64,000 nt of DNA, from assembly GCA_002633005.1 (NCBI GenBank), contig NMRA01000409.1:62001-126000 (forward strand), written 5' to 3'. Of the stretch, positions 51,519-63,241 are shown one piece after another. Position numbers and translations under genes: made by a program. Within the stretch, counting starts at the first letter, position 1. The number at the start of each line of letters is the position of its first letter. The stretch comes from Phoronis australis (taxonomy: Eukaryota; Animalia; Phoronida). Under the pieces are notes generated by a model. That model did not search any database, was not told where the DNA came from, and saw only the letters and a list, made by a program, of their open reading frames with translations.

Positions 51519-53679
51519 TCTGCAGAAGAACCACTGACGTCGCTGAGTCGTTTCTCACCTTCCTCATAGGTTAACGCGTCAACTGTCGTCGAGGTGAGAT
51601 CGACCGTATACGAGGTGATGTGGATATAGACGACTAATAAGTCGGGTGGCATTCTCCTTTAAATGCAACCCGTTACATGCTTGCAGCTCACTGTAATGTA
51701 TTACTACAATACATTATACATTGTAGCACTCTTCAATAAGTCCACAATGAGATGGCCTTTTCTTTGAGCAACGAGAACAAGGGTGAAGTCGCTTGACCTA
51801 AGAGTTCTGGAATAGCGGCACCGTCGCGTGAGGCTGCCACTTTGTAAATTCGGCGCAAAATACACATTGCCGCTAGTCTCGAAGCTGAATAAAAGACAAA
51901 ATCTTGGCAACAAGTGCAAACATCGACTTGATCATGGAGCGCACTGTAACACGCATGTAAGACTCGTTGAAGAGTGTTACGATGTATAATGTATTACGGT
52001 GAGCTGCAAGCACGTAACGGCTTGCTTTTAATAGACTCTTGAATGGTGTTGCAGCGTTTGGAACGGGTGATGGCATGCGGTCGCCGGCTGTTTTATCGGA
52101 ATAAATGGCTCAAATCATCAATGCCCTAAACAAACAAAGATAGTTTCAGACACAGGCATATAATTACGGACTGGTCACAGTCCTGTGCCAATGATTGAAT
52201 AACAACGTCTACTAGGGCAACTGTGCAAAGTGTATTATACTGAATGTAAACACTGTTAAACAATATAACCATAACAACGAACATACAATATCAAAATAAA
52301 TGAGTAAGACTGCCATACAGTCAGAATATACTGACGATTTAACTTTCGAACATATCGAAACTAAACTTAGACAGGGGAACTGAGATACCGGTAGTCTCCC
52401 GCGACTTCCGTTACGGCTGGACGGCTGACGGCCAACAATGAACGACAGAATACCATTTGGTGGCGAAATAACTTCAGAAAGAAAACTTGCCGTGTTGACA
52501 AATGGTACAATAAGAGTACTTCCCATTGAGTCAGAAGTATTCGTACATGTATGAGCTACAACCAGGCAGCAAAGCCCGACGCCTGGCCTGCGCAGACATC
52601 TATGGCGATGAAGATGATCTAGAAAGATTTTTCCTCTAACTTATTACCTAAACGGGTACTGTTGCTGAATTTTGACGTACCCTCGCGATGTGTCAGGGCT
52701 GACCTCAGCAGCCGAGTGTTGACTGCGTGGGATGCGACGTACTTCACAAAGTTATAGTTATGCAAAGAAAGATAAAATTTGGACAATTAATAATCAAATT
52801 TGTATACAAAGAACCAAAATGAGAATTAAAACAACTAAACAAAATAACAACTTATTTACGCTCACGGTGACATCATCGTTTTCAAGGAAAACATGAACGT
52901 CGTTCAGGAATCGTTCCTGAACAGATGTACAGGAACTCAGGTCACGGAAATAGACGGGAACAGACGATCACTTTCTGATCTCGGCCGAGGTACGAAACTG
53001 TGCTCAAAAAGGCTTTTAGTTTGATAACAGAAAGGAGGTAAAAATTATGTCATTTAAGTTTTTGAACTAGATTGCCCTTTGAGATAAGGAATTTAAAAAT
53101 TTCGCTTCCTCCACAGCCATGTTTGCTCACCAAGAGCATGTTTTTGTTTCAATCGAACATGGCTACAATAAATCGGGTGGAATTTTCATGACGATCTTAC
53201 TAACCCACCATGACACGTGTCTTCAAACGGCACTAAATCCACGCTTTCTGTCCAAAAACAGGCTTCGATTTAAGCGACTTACCGTTATAAAACTGGCGTG
53301 CGTCCTAAGAAATACATGTACGGACCTATATACAGTGTACTCATAGTCAAGCCTGGAAGTCGATTCCAATCTAAGTAAGAAATAAGACAAGACCGACTTC
53401 ATAACGGTAAATTGACTTAACCCAAAGTTGTAGTGTAGATATAGCGCCTTCCCTGCCTTCAAAACCGTGAGGGACTATGTCGCCCCGCGTCCCCCTCCCC
53501 CACTACACCCCTGTGCAAAATATCAAGACGAGCTGGATAGACATACACTTAACCGAAAAACAACGAATGCATTAAATAAATAGGCTAACCAGAATTTATA
53601 AAATTTATAAACACAGTGAATACTACAATTTTGTCTTACAGTACATTCTGGGGTGATACACATGCGCAATACTCATTAA

Positions 53680-54124
53680 AGGGATACCAATGACGCCACT
53701 CTCTCGGAGGACTTGCCGCGAGGACTGAGCAACAAGCGCAGCGGCTGATGGATTCTACACTTCATTAAAAGGAAACCAAACTTGATTTTACCCCAATAAC
53801 AGATACTAAAAACGACATTCCCGTCCAGCTCTAGGAAACGAAATAATAATCTGTAACTCTCGACAACATTCAAGAGTTTGGACGAGATATTGAAAACTCC
53901 TTTCAAAATTATCTAAATGGGAAAGCGTGTCCCATGCTTTTAGTGAATTACACGGAAACTGTGCGAAAAACCACTCACCAAGGACCATAGTGTCCAATTT
54001 GTGAAATAGGAGGTATGAATTTTAGATGGTTCTTGCTATTATCTTTCAAGATTGACGCCAATGACATATTAGCAGGTGACAGAACGAGGATGGGTTGAAG
54101 TCATCAAAACGGTGTAGTATTCTT
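53680..54124 (+). mobile_element. TTAA-flanked Kolobok-like MITE, copy 2
   Basis: TTAA|AGGGATACCAA ... GTAGTATTCTT|TTAA. Shares ACTCCTTTCAAA...CTAAA.GGG.AAGCGTG and TATCTTTCAAGATTG...AGCAGGTGACAGAACG with 10337-10688. Confidence 0.75.
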
Positions 54125-54277
54125 TTAAAACTACATTATCTCCTTTGCATAAACCCTTTATGTATATTCGGAGGACAGGCGAAAACCCCGTTTCTCCTGA
54201 CTCGCGATTGGTCGAGAAATGGCGTCACGTACAAGCGAATGTGGCCCACCGGTCAAATGAACAGAAAAGTCCATGCG

Positions 54278-54450
54278 CGGGGGAGGGCTCGAATTCTTAA
54301 GAACGTGGAAAAAAATTAAAAACGGGGTACGTCCAGAGCTATGAATTGTGCATTCGCCGAATTCCTGCCATTTTAGTGGACCTTTGTCTCGTTTTCTACT
54401 TTTCGGACATATTGTTTCTCTGAGGCGTACCCCCGAGCCCCCTCCCCCCG
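54278..54450. mobile_element. Small G/C-ended inverted-repeat element (probable MITE)
   Basis: CGGGGGAGGGCTCG...GGGGTACG vs CGTACCCC.CGAGCCCCCTCCCCCCG. Confidence 0.4.
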
Positions 54451-56307
54451 AATCAGAAAACAGATAGTGCGTCATGTGAACGGGCGCTAACTGCACGCGC
54501 ATCTGGAATAATTCCTTCCAACACTATGGAATAATCGCAAATTAATAGCAAATACACTTTTTTCTCAGTGCTTCAGATGTGGCACTGTGGACGAGGTTAA
54601 CGGTTCAAAGAATCAATAATAACAATCTTATAGTGACACTACATATTGATCCTGTAGGTGCACGCGCAATCTCATTTTGAACACGCGAATGCGTAAACGC
54701 GTGCTTACGCCGCTGAAATGTGACTTTATTTCTGCAGCATCGATTTCTACATCGTGGCTCTATTGTGCGTTCTAAGTGCATGTGCACTCTTCTTCTGACA
54801 CTGGTGGGTTCAGGTGTATGTAGGCGATTCCCGAAGCTTTGTCACAAATATAATGATTATAATAACGAGCAGTTGACGTCATGAGAAATAAAAAAGTGAT
54901 TAGATTTATGTTTGAAAACACAATGATGAAAATGCAAGGCGACATAATTAAATACGCCCTGTGGATATTGAATCGGCAACAATATTGCCGATAATGAGAG
55001 GCAACGTCCCCGTTGAGATGAGAGTTGTCATAATTTCAGCACGAGGGAGCCCTGATATAGAATACGGCACGTGCGTGGAACAAGTTGCATAATAAAAGAA
55101 AGGACATCTTATCGAAACACAGAGCTTTGGGCAGTACTACACGTAAGGTATTCGAAATTAATATGACGTCATCCCTGCAAATGGACTAGTTCTTATAAAT
55201 AGTCTCGCTAAATGCGTACCTTCCTTTTGGCATTCGTATGTCAGAGAAGAAACGAAGAATTAAAAAGCATGACGGTTAGGTTTAATGCTCGGCCATCTTA
55301 CATGTACGTTTTGTGGTCTATTTTTACGAAACTTCAAAAGGTAAACAACGAGGTTTCGGCGGCAGGTTTGGAAAATAAGAGTTTTTTTGGGGGGGAACAT
55401 ATTATAACCTGCAGGAGATGTAAGATATTACTTCACGACTCATTGCAAACATGCACCATGTCCTAACATCAATTTACACATACTGTAGCACTCACTGTGT
55501 AGAGAAAATCCCTGAAGTTAGCGTTCAGTACCGAACGGCTGCCCCATCTATCTGTTACTTATTATTTCCATAAATCAGATACTTAGAGCAACTGACGTAA
55601 AACGAGAGTTGCAAAGCACTTCAGGACTTTGGTTTACACTTGATCAAATTTCTCTTTGTGAATCCGAGGTGATCACTACCGCCATCTTCTCCGAGAAAAG
55701 TCTACCTTCATTTCATGCACAGGTTTTCAGCCAACTCAGTGTGCTCTTGCCAAAACCAACATGGAGTCGAAAGGCATAGCCTATCTATTGAATATTACGA
55801 GGCTACAAATCACGGGTTTTTAAACCAAAATTTTAATTTTTTGTTCGTGTCTTGGTTCGTGAAAGTAATATGAATGTGGAAATGAATGATACTCCAAAAT
55901 CAAACGTAGCCTACATTTAAACCTATTTCTACTTTGTCTAACTATAGCTTCCGAGTCTTTAAGGACGACTGCAGATGGATATCTACAGCCTGAGTCATAA
56001 CCTGAGCTCACTGTTCACGCCAAGATGTGAAAATTCAGTTGGTCTCGCCTTGACGTCATCTGTCAACAATGGTGTAGTAGAGAGCTATGGCAGCTGGTAA
56101 CCGTTTGCGTTGACACAAACAGATCACTTCCTGAGAGCTCTAGACTCGCGGCCATATTTGCTTTCACCTGAGTTTTCAGTTCACGTGGCCTAGTGAAGAA
56201 CCGTGGGTTGTACTTTTGCGTCAACCTTTCCATATAATAGATAGCTATTTACATGTAGTACTACTGAACACTTTCAGTTGGATCGAAGGGATACAATACT
56301 TAAAAAA

Positions 56308-57186
56308 NNNNNNNNNNNNNNNNNNNNNNNNNNNNNNNNNNNNNNNNNNNNNNNNNNNNNNNNNNNNNNNNNNNNNNNNNNNNNNNNNNNNNNNNNNNNN
56401 NNNNNNNNNNNNNNNNNNNNNNNNNNNNNNNNNNNNNNNNNNNNNNNNNNNNNNNNNNNNNNNNNNNNNNNNNNNNNNNNNNNNNNNNNNNNNNNNNNNN
56501 NNNNNNNNNNNNNNNNNNNNNNNNNNNNNNNNNNNNNNNNNNNNNNNNNNNNNNNNNNNNNNNNNNNNNNNNNNNNNNNNNNNNNNNNNNNNNNNNNNNN
56601 NNNNNNNNNNNNNNNNNNNNNNNNNNNNNNNNNNNNNNNNNNNNNNNNNNNNNNNNNNNNNNNNNNNNNNNNNNNNNNNNNNNNNNNNNNNNNNNNNNNN
56701 NNNNNNNNNNNNNNNNNNNNNNNNNNNNNNNNNNNNNNNNNNNNNNNNNNNNNNNNNNNNNNNNNNNNNNNNNNNNNNNNNNNNNNNNNNNNNNNNNNNN
56801 NNNNNNNNNNNNNNNNNNNNNNNNNNNNNNNNNNNNNNNNNNNNNNNNNNNNNNNNNNNNNNNNNNNNNNNNNNNNNNNNNNNNNNNNNNNNNNNNNNNN
56901 NNNNNNNNNNNNNNNNNNNNNNNNNNNNNNNNNNNNNNNNNNNNNNNNNNNNNNNNNNNNNNNNNNNNNNNNNNNNNNNNNNNNNNNNNNNNNNNNNNNN
57001 NNNNNNNNNNNNNNNNNNNNNNNNNNNNNNNNNNNNNNNNNNNNNNNNNNNNNNNNNNNNNNNNNNNNNNNNNNNNNNNNNNNNNNNNNNNNNNNNNNNN
57101 NNNNNNNNNNNNNNNNNNNNNNNNNNNNNNNNNNNNNNNNNNNNNNNNNNNNNNNNNNNNNNNNNNNNNNNNNNNNNNNNNNNNNN
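56308..57186. other. Assembly gap
   Basis: Run of N. Confidence 1.
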
Positions 57187-57452
57187 AAAAAGTTGAGTTC
57201 ACGATTTTGGGAACTGAAATAGGGACTGCTCGAAGAAAAAGTTTCATAACGGGAGTATTTGTTCGAGTTGGAAGGAATTAAACACATCGACAACCTCCTA
57301 AGGTGTTCCTCTATGCGCAAAAGGTATTTGTAACAACGTGACTTTGATGGTTTAGTCGGTGCGAGGCATAATTCGCCGAAAAGCTTCCGGCGTACAGAGC
57401 GCCTATAGCCTCTACATCGCCTCTGCTTCGGGCCAACAGAGGCGATGGTCAT
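57187..57452 (-). CDS. Candidate first coding exon running into the gap
   Basis: ATG-initiated 88-codon open frame MTIASVGPKQRRCRGYRRSVRRKLFGEL...LRRLSMCL...RELNF. Basic and Ser-rich. The 3' end is hidden by Ns. Confidence 0.3.
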
Positions 57453-58293
57453 TGCCTATGGAAATTGTTGCTTCATGGATCAAATATCATGGTTCGTTAC
57501 GATATGTCATGTGAAAATTCGATATTAGCCACATAATTCGTGAAACTCGGGCTTAGCCACTTTAAAAAAATCAAAGGCTTGCTAAGAGAAGGAACTATTC
57601 TTTAGAAAGTCAACTCGGTCGTTTCCATTGTGCATACCGTACACGTGTCCGTCGATAGCAGTCAACCTTGCAAGGATTCTGGTAGGAAATGCATTCCACG
57701 TCGCTTCGTCGTTCGTATCCAAGTAGCCTCGCATACAACCTGATGTTTTCCATGGATTGTTTGAACATTAAATCATAATAACCAGATTGCCTCCTAAAAT
57801 AACCATTCAATTATCCACCTATTGAGTTTTGCTATTGTCACAGCATTAACAGCTCAGCTCATTGATTAGTTTTGTGCAGTCAATTAAAATACGGTTTATT
57901 GCTGTGTTTAGGAAATACATTGCGGAAGGAGGAGCCCTGGAGTCGATGGGTCAAATTTTAATTTCCAAAAATACGGAACGCGAACTTCAAAGTAGTACAC
58001 CAGGACAGCAATGCCTTGGTCACACATCGGACAATGCCGGGATCCCTTAGTTTGAGCTCTGTTGGTGCTGCAATGCCCTAGCATGATCGGGCTATCTCCA
58101 TATGGATCGGATATATCGATCGGTGGCTTTTGACGCCAATATCCAGTCGTTGCTCCCTATAATGGCCTGACTGGAGATCGTTTTGTTGCAATAATACTAC
58201 CGGATGGATATCGGATGCATTTGTGACAAAGGTAATACTGAAGAAGTTCTTTACTGGTCGTTATGTGGATTAGTTGCCTTCAACTCAAGGGAA

Positions 58294-58715
58294 CACTCAC
58301 TACTCTTCCGAGGGTTCACTACTCCGAAGGTTCATTTCTCCGAAAATGTGTAAAATTTCGGAGCCGGGTGTAATATTTATAACCATGTTTATAAGCAAAA
58401 ATAAATAAATACATGGTATTTCAGTTACTAAACGCATTGGTTTCCCTACCCAAATACCACCCGGATACTTATACTCTTTGACTGGCTTTCGTGCGCATGC
58501 GATTGGGCTTATGAGTTACTGCATGAAAATGTGTAGCCTACGTCAACCACAATACATTCACCAAACCCAGGTCCCAACGCACCATTTAACAGCGCGGAAC
58601 CACGCACACGACCGCCAGTTTTAATGTAGTAGGCTACCGTCTCTCTTTCCGTCTTCACTAAATCGGGGCCACATTCAGTAGTGAACTTTAGGAGTAGTGG
58701 GTCTTCGTAGTAACG
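58294..58715. mobile_element. MITE-like element with subterminal ~16-bp repeats (CACTACTCCGAAGGTT) in inverted orientation
   Basis: CACTACT...CCGAGGGTTCACTACTCCGAAGGTT at the left; inverted AGTAGTGAACTTTAGGAGTAGTGGGTCTTCGTAGTAACG at the right. Confidence 0.55.
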
Positions 58716-61372
58716 CTTTGTAAGCTGGCAAAATCGATGGGTCGCTTTAACGATTTCAAAATCTGAAACTAATACATTTTAAAATATATCTTTTTAATAG
58801 TTTAAATGCAGTAATATGCATGTCTTGTTTCAGACACCAAGACCTTGAAAGAGTCATCTGTAAGACATTTGGAAGTAACACTTTAAGAAACCCTACCTTG
58901 TCCACGGCTTAATCGTATGATGCCCTTTGCAGCAGGTTGGGGACTCGAAGCTGGAGCATTTCACTTCCCTGAACTTGAAATGTTTAACTCGCGAATTCAT
59001 CATGCTGGCTCACGGCAAAGTGCCGGTCAGAAAATTCTACTATTCACAGCGATGAGCATAGAAGCAAAGTAGGCCTGTTTCCAGCTTGGATAAGCTACTA
59101 ACTTCACAATTAATCAAAACGAGAATTGCACCACAAATCCGGGAGGACGTGAGTTATGGTGGTTTTAACACAACGAACTGAGCAACGAGTAATAAACGAC
59201 TAACAAGAAACTGTTGTAAGCTCACGCGCGCACGTTTTAATAGAGGCAACTATCACCGATTACTACGCTCAATCCTATAAGCACGTGGTTACCGTTCTGA
59301 ATCTTAGCCCGTATGAGCAATTTACTCTGTCAACGTCACTTATTTCAAATCCGTGTGAACAGCGTTACCAAGGTAACACAAACACAAATGAACATTGTTG
59401 TCTCAATTCCGCTTCGTAGACCTCCGGTTGCGTGCATCAGCAGCAGACACCACGTGTCCAGGGCGTCGTCAACGTCAATCTTAATTCTCTTCTCACAGAG
59501 CAGGTAGTTTAACCACCAAAGAACTAATGCGCGAGCGCTGTCGCACCGAGTGGCTCTACAACCAGTCATTCATTAATGCACGCCTGATTAATTAATCCGC
59601 CGGTTAGTCGCGAGACAATCATATTCTGCCGAAGCGCTCAAGCGAAAAAGTAAACAAAAAATTAAATGCAACCACAGTGCAAATAACATAATTATAGATA
59701 CTTGTTCAATGATGATCATTGATGTGGGATAAGAACAGAACGACCCAAGATTGTCAGCTGTAACAGCCAATATACATTTAATAAATATACTGGGATGTCG
59801 ATTCAGATTAAGTTGTAGAAAAATGAACTGGGAATATATTCCTTTGCTCGTTGTCAATGTCTGTGTGATGCTCTGCACGTTATGACTAGTGACGTAAAAT
59901 TAAAAAGTCGACAACTTTAGCCAGTGAGGCTGTAGCATACATGTAGTACAAGTGCACGCAAATTTTGCATTCAATTTTTTGTGGTCATGAGTGCGGGAAG
60001 GCCACGAGAGTGAATGTCAACTGTTTATCAGTTCGAGACCTTACTAGAGTGGACTAGCAAAATCGTGACCGTTACTAAAGTGACTGTTCAGCGGGACTGG
60101 AATGTGGAATTATGAGATAAAGCTGTAGACAAACACGTTCAATCAATCAAGATTTTTATCGCAAGAGTTTCGCAAGATGCTCGTTTTTGCCAACGCCGCT
60201 CTGGTACCCGTGGTAGATTAATATTTACCTGTAGTAGCAACGTTTACGAAAATACTGGTTTGCGGATTTCGCCTTGGTCGACTTCTACATATAGTACGCG
60301 TTTAGAAACAGTCAATAGACCCTTCAAATATAGGGCACGGGTTTGATTTAGGTATTTTTGAAGTCGTAGATGCCATCGTTTGAGAGATACCTTCCCTTGC
60401 TGGCTAAACTCTTCAGCTAATACGAAGTCTAGGATTATATTCTGAAAAGCCGCGTCGAAGACAAGAAAAAATGGGGTCGCCTCAACTAATCCAATAAACA
60501 TGAAATCGTCTATTTAAATCTGGAAATCGCGCAGATTTTGATAAATAACCACCTTTAGGTTCGAGGCTATAAGTTTGTTACCGATAGGGTGCGCTCTTTT
60601 AGATGTCACCAGCATCGCGTTACGTTAAAGTTTAACGGGGCGTACAGGTAGCCGTCAAAACTGATTCGCGGATGAGTACAACTGAGTACCCACAATGTGA
60701 CACTAAGGTCGTTCCATAGACATGTATACCTACGCTTAAAAAGGTAGGCGTTAGGAGGTGTTCGCCAGTACCACAGTATACAATTACCTGTTTAGTTTAT
60801 AAAAAGTCGGTTAATGCCTGAATTGTCGTTTCCCTGATACTGATATCCTTCCGCGATTAATTACGACCTTTAAAGAACAAAATCCATTATTGTGAAGTTG
60901 AGAATTCATTCTGTCTACGGTCTCGAGAGCATCTTCAATCATAATACTGTCGAGGAAAAAACCGTGGTTAAAGTAAGCGATTTAACATGAAATATACTTG
61001 AGTGGGACATTATTAACGTCAATAATAGCTTGCACAGCCATTTTGCACGTGTTTAATGAAATAACATGTTCGCGCCGGGCAAGAGTGCATATAGGTATAA
61101 AAAATAAACGTAGTTTTGCACTAAACTGATGAAATGCGAAGTATTGCCGGGTCACTTCCGGTCACTGGTTTGTTCAGTTAAAGAATTTGTAATGCGACAA
61201 ATGAACATTACAAAGCGTAACGTAATAATAGATTACAAATTTTAAGATGAAGATAGGAAACTGAGATAAACAAGTATTCGAGATGAAAATGACCCGAACA
61301 AGATGACTAAGAGAAAGCGTAGTAAATCATTTTACCTGAAAGATGAAAACAAAAACAACGTTAAAGAACAGC

Positions 61373-61418
61373 ATTGACGATGTTTCGAAATTAGACAGAT
61401 ATCATCCTCAGGTTCAAT
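61373..61418 (-). ncRNA. Minimal type I hammerhead-ribozyme-like motif (Penelope-type), probably degenerate
   Basis: Minus strand: AUUGAAC-CUGAGGA-U-GAUAU(loop)AUUUC-GAAA-CAUC-GUCAAU. Core boxes CUGANGA and GAAA present, stem II 4/5 pairs, stem I AUUGA(A)C/GUCAAU. Confidence 0.5.
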
Positions 61419-61850
61419 AGTCAAACATCCTCAGGTTCAATAGTCAAACAGAGGAAGGCAGAATAACTTCACATCACAGTACATGACCAAGCCGGATCTA
61501 GCACAACCCAACCATGTATGGTCCAACATTAATTTAGTGACCTCTCAGTATGGAGAGCCTGTCTGTGAATAGCCTTGTGACGGATTAAGCGTTTGACATA
61601 GTTGTTGTCATGATCACGAATCATGATCATGAAATAAGGGTTTGTAAAGAGGTTTTGGGTACCCTGAAGTGAAGTGTAGCTTGTAAATGCAGTATCCCTG
61701 TTCAAAGTTTGTGTTATGCGCGGGAAGTAGTCCGAAGGCTGATTGGTTTTCAATGAAGAAATAGACCAATAGTATGAACACTTTTATGAGTAAGATGTTA
61801 AAAGTTTCTACAGCATAATTATTTCGTATATTAAAAACCATTTTACATAC
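61373..61850 (-). mobile_element. Decayed Penelope-like element 3' end
   Basis: ETFNILLIK...QTLNRD resembles the PLE GIY-YIG C-terminus (FxIL...PxLNRD). Followed by the CTGAGGATG...CGAAAC terminal motif. 23-bp tandem duplication at 61403-61448. Confidence 0.5.
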
Positions 61851-62886
61851 TCGGTGTTTTACACGTAGGTGAGACTTATATCCCCCATTGCAGTAACTGA
61901 CTCAGCGCCCTAATTGGCAGACCTGTCGGCCGAATCCGACCAGTTTTTATTGAAAACTCCTCAAATACTAAAACATTTTCTGCAGACAACAATTTTGTCA
62001 ATTTTCAGGTGACAGCCTCAAGGCCACTGTGGTTACACTGGACTACGGCAGTTCGCTTTGTACACAACGTCCTATCGTCTGAGTGTGTTGGTGCCGTATT
62101 CTGATAAAGGCGAATTATACTATTCAAAGCACAGGACTGTGCGCACTTTCAGAGTGTTAAATTCAAACTCAAACTAGTAGCGTGCGCCGCTGATATGTGG
62201 AAATTATAGGAGAAGGCAGATTAACAGTTTAAAATGAGCGTTTACGAAGGCGTAATTAGCATGGCATTAGTTTGCACGCACTAATTTCAGGCCCACCTTG
62301 TGAGAACAAAGGCTAATCTACGTCGTTGGAACAGATTTCTGAATAGGTGGCACACGTGTGAACGCAGAATAGACTCCTGACAAACGTACAGTACATGTAT
62401 GTATTTTCAGGCAGATCAGTTTTCGATCTCCATTCCTCATTGGACGTCATGTGGACGTTGTAAATGAAACAAATCTGAGAAGACTTCACGCACTAAATGT
62501 AGTTAGTGCCGGATTCACGCCTTCACTGAAATGCTGATACTCCGAGGCATTCACTCACCATTCGATTTTATAAATTATACGAAACTTAACGCTCAAGGTT
62601 TGGAAATAAGATGAATCTATAGCAATCAGCAAAACCTCAAGCCTCATCCGCAATAACAAAAGATTGAGCGGTCATTTACCGGTTACGAACCCTTTGTATT
62701 AAGAATATTATTATCTCATATTACAGTGCCGGCAACAAAATACAAGTATAGTAATGCATACATTAAATAATGTCGAACAGCGCGATGCTTTAAACCCCAT
62801 CTGTAAAAGGCAGTTCCAGGTCGTGCTAGTTTATTAAAACTTATCTAACCAGCCTACAAACCGATACGCGACAGTTGTTCAGTTAA

Positions 62887-63241
62887 AGGGATACTAAGCC
62901 CTGTTTTGATAATTTCAACCAATTCTAATTCTGTCACCAGCTAATGCATCATTAGAGTCAATATTGAAAGATAAATAAAAGCAGGAATCAAGTACACACT
63001 ATTTCACAAATTGGACATAATAGTTCTTGATGGGTGGTCTTTTCACACACTTGTCGTGTAATTCGCTAAACGCATAGGCAACGCTAACCCATTTAGCAGA
63101 CTTCGGAAACAATTTTCAAATTTGGCCTCCAAACTTCTGTGGGTTTTCGAAGGTTACAGAGCGTTAATTCGTTTCAGAGAACTGGACGGAAAAATCGCCT
63201 TCCGTATCCGTTAATGAGTCAAAACCGATTTTGGTATCCTT
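62887..63241 (-). mobile_element. TTAA-flanked Kolobok-like MITE, copy 3 (inverted)
   Basis: TTAA|AGGGATACTAAGCCCTG ... TTTGGTATCCTT|TTAA. The reverse complement of 62900-62975 matches 54040-54110. Confidence 0.8.

Larger units (their letters stand above)
49176..51658 (-). mobile_element. Kolobok-type DNA transposon, internally deleted copy B with both ends
   Basis: TIR AGGAGAATTCCACCC / AGGAGAATGCCACCC (14/15), flanked by TTGA (49172-49175) and TTAA (51659-51662). Convergent THAP and KolX-like ORFs. No DDE core visible. Confidence 0.85.

Noticed and set aside
56216-57247. Long ORFs spanning the second gap
   Set aside because: Length comes from Ns; only the 57187-57452 part is real sequence.
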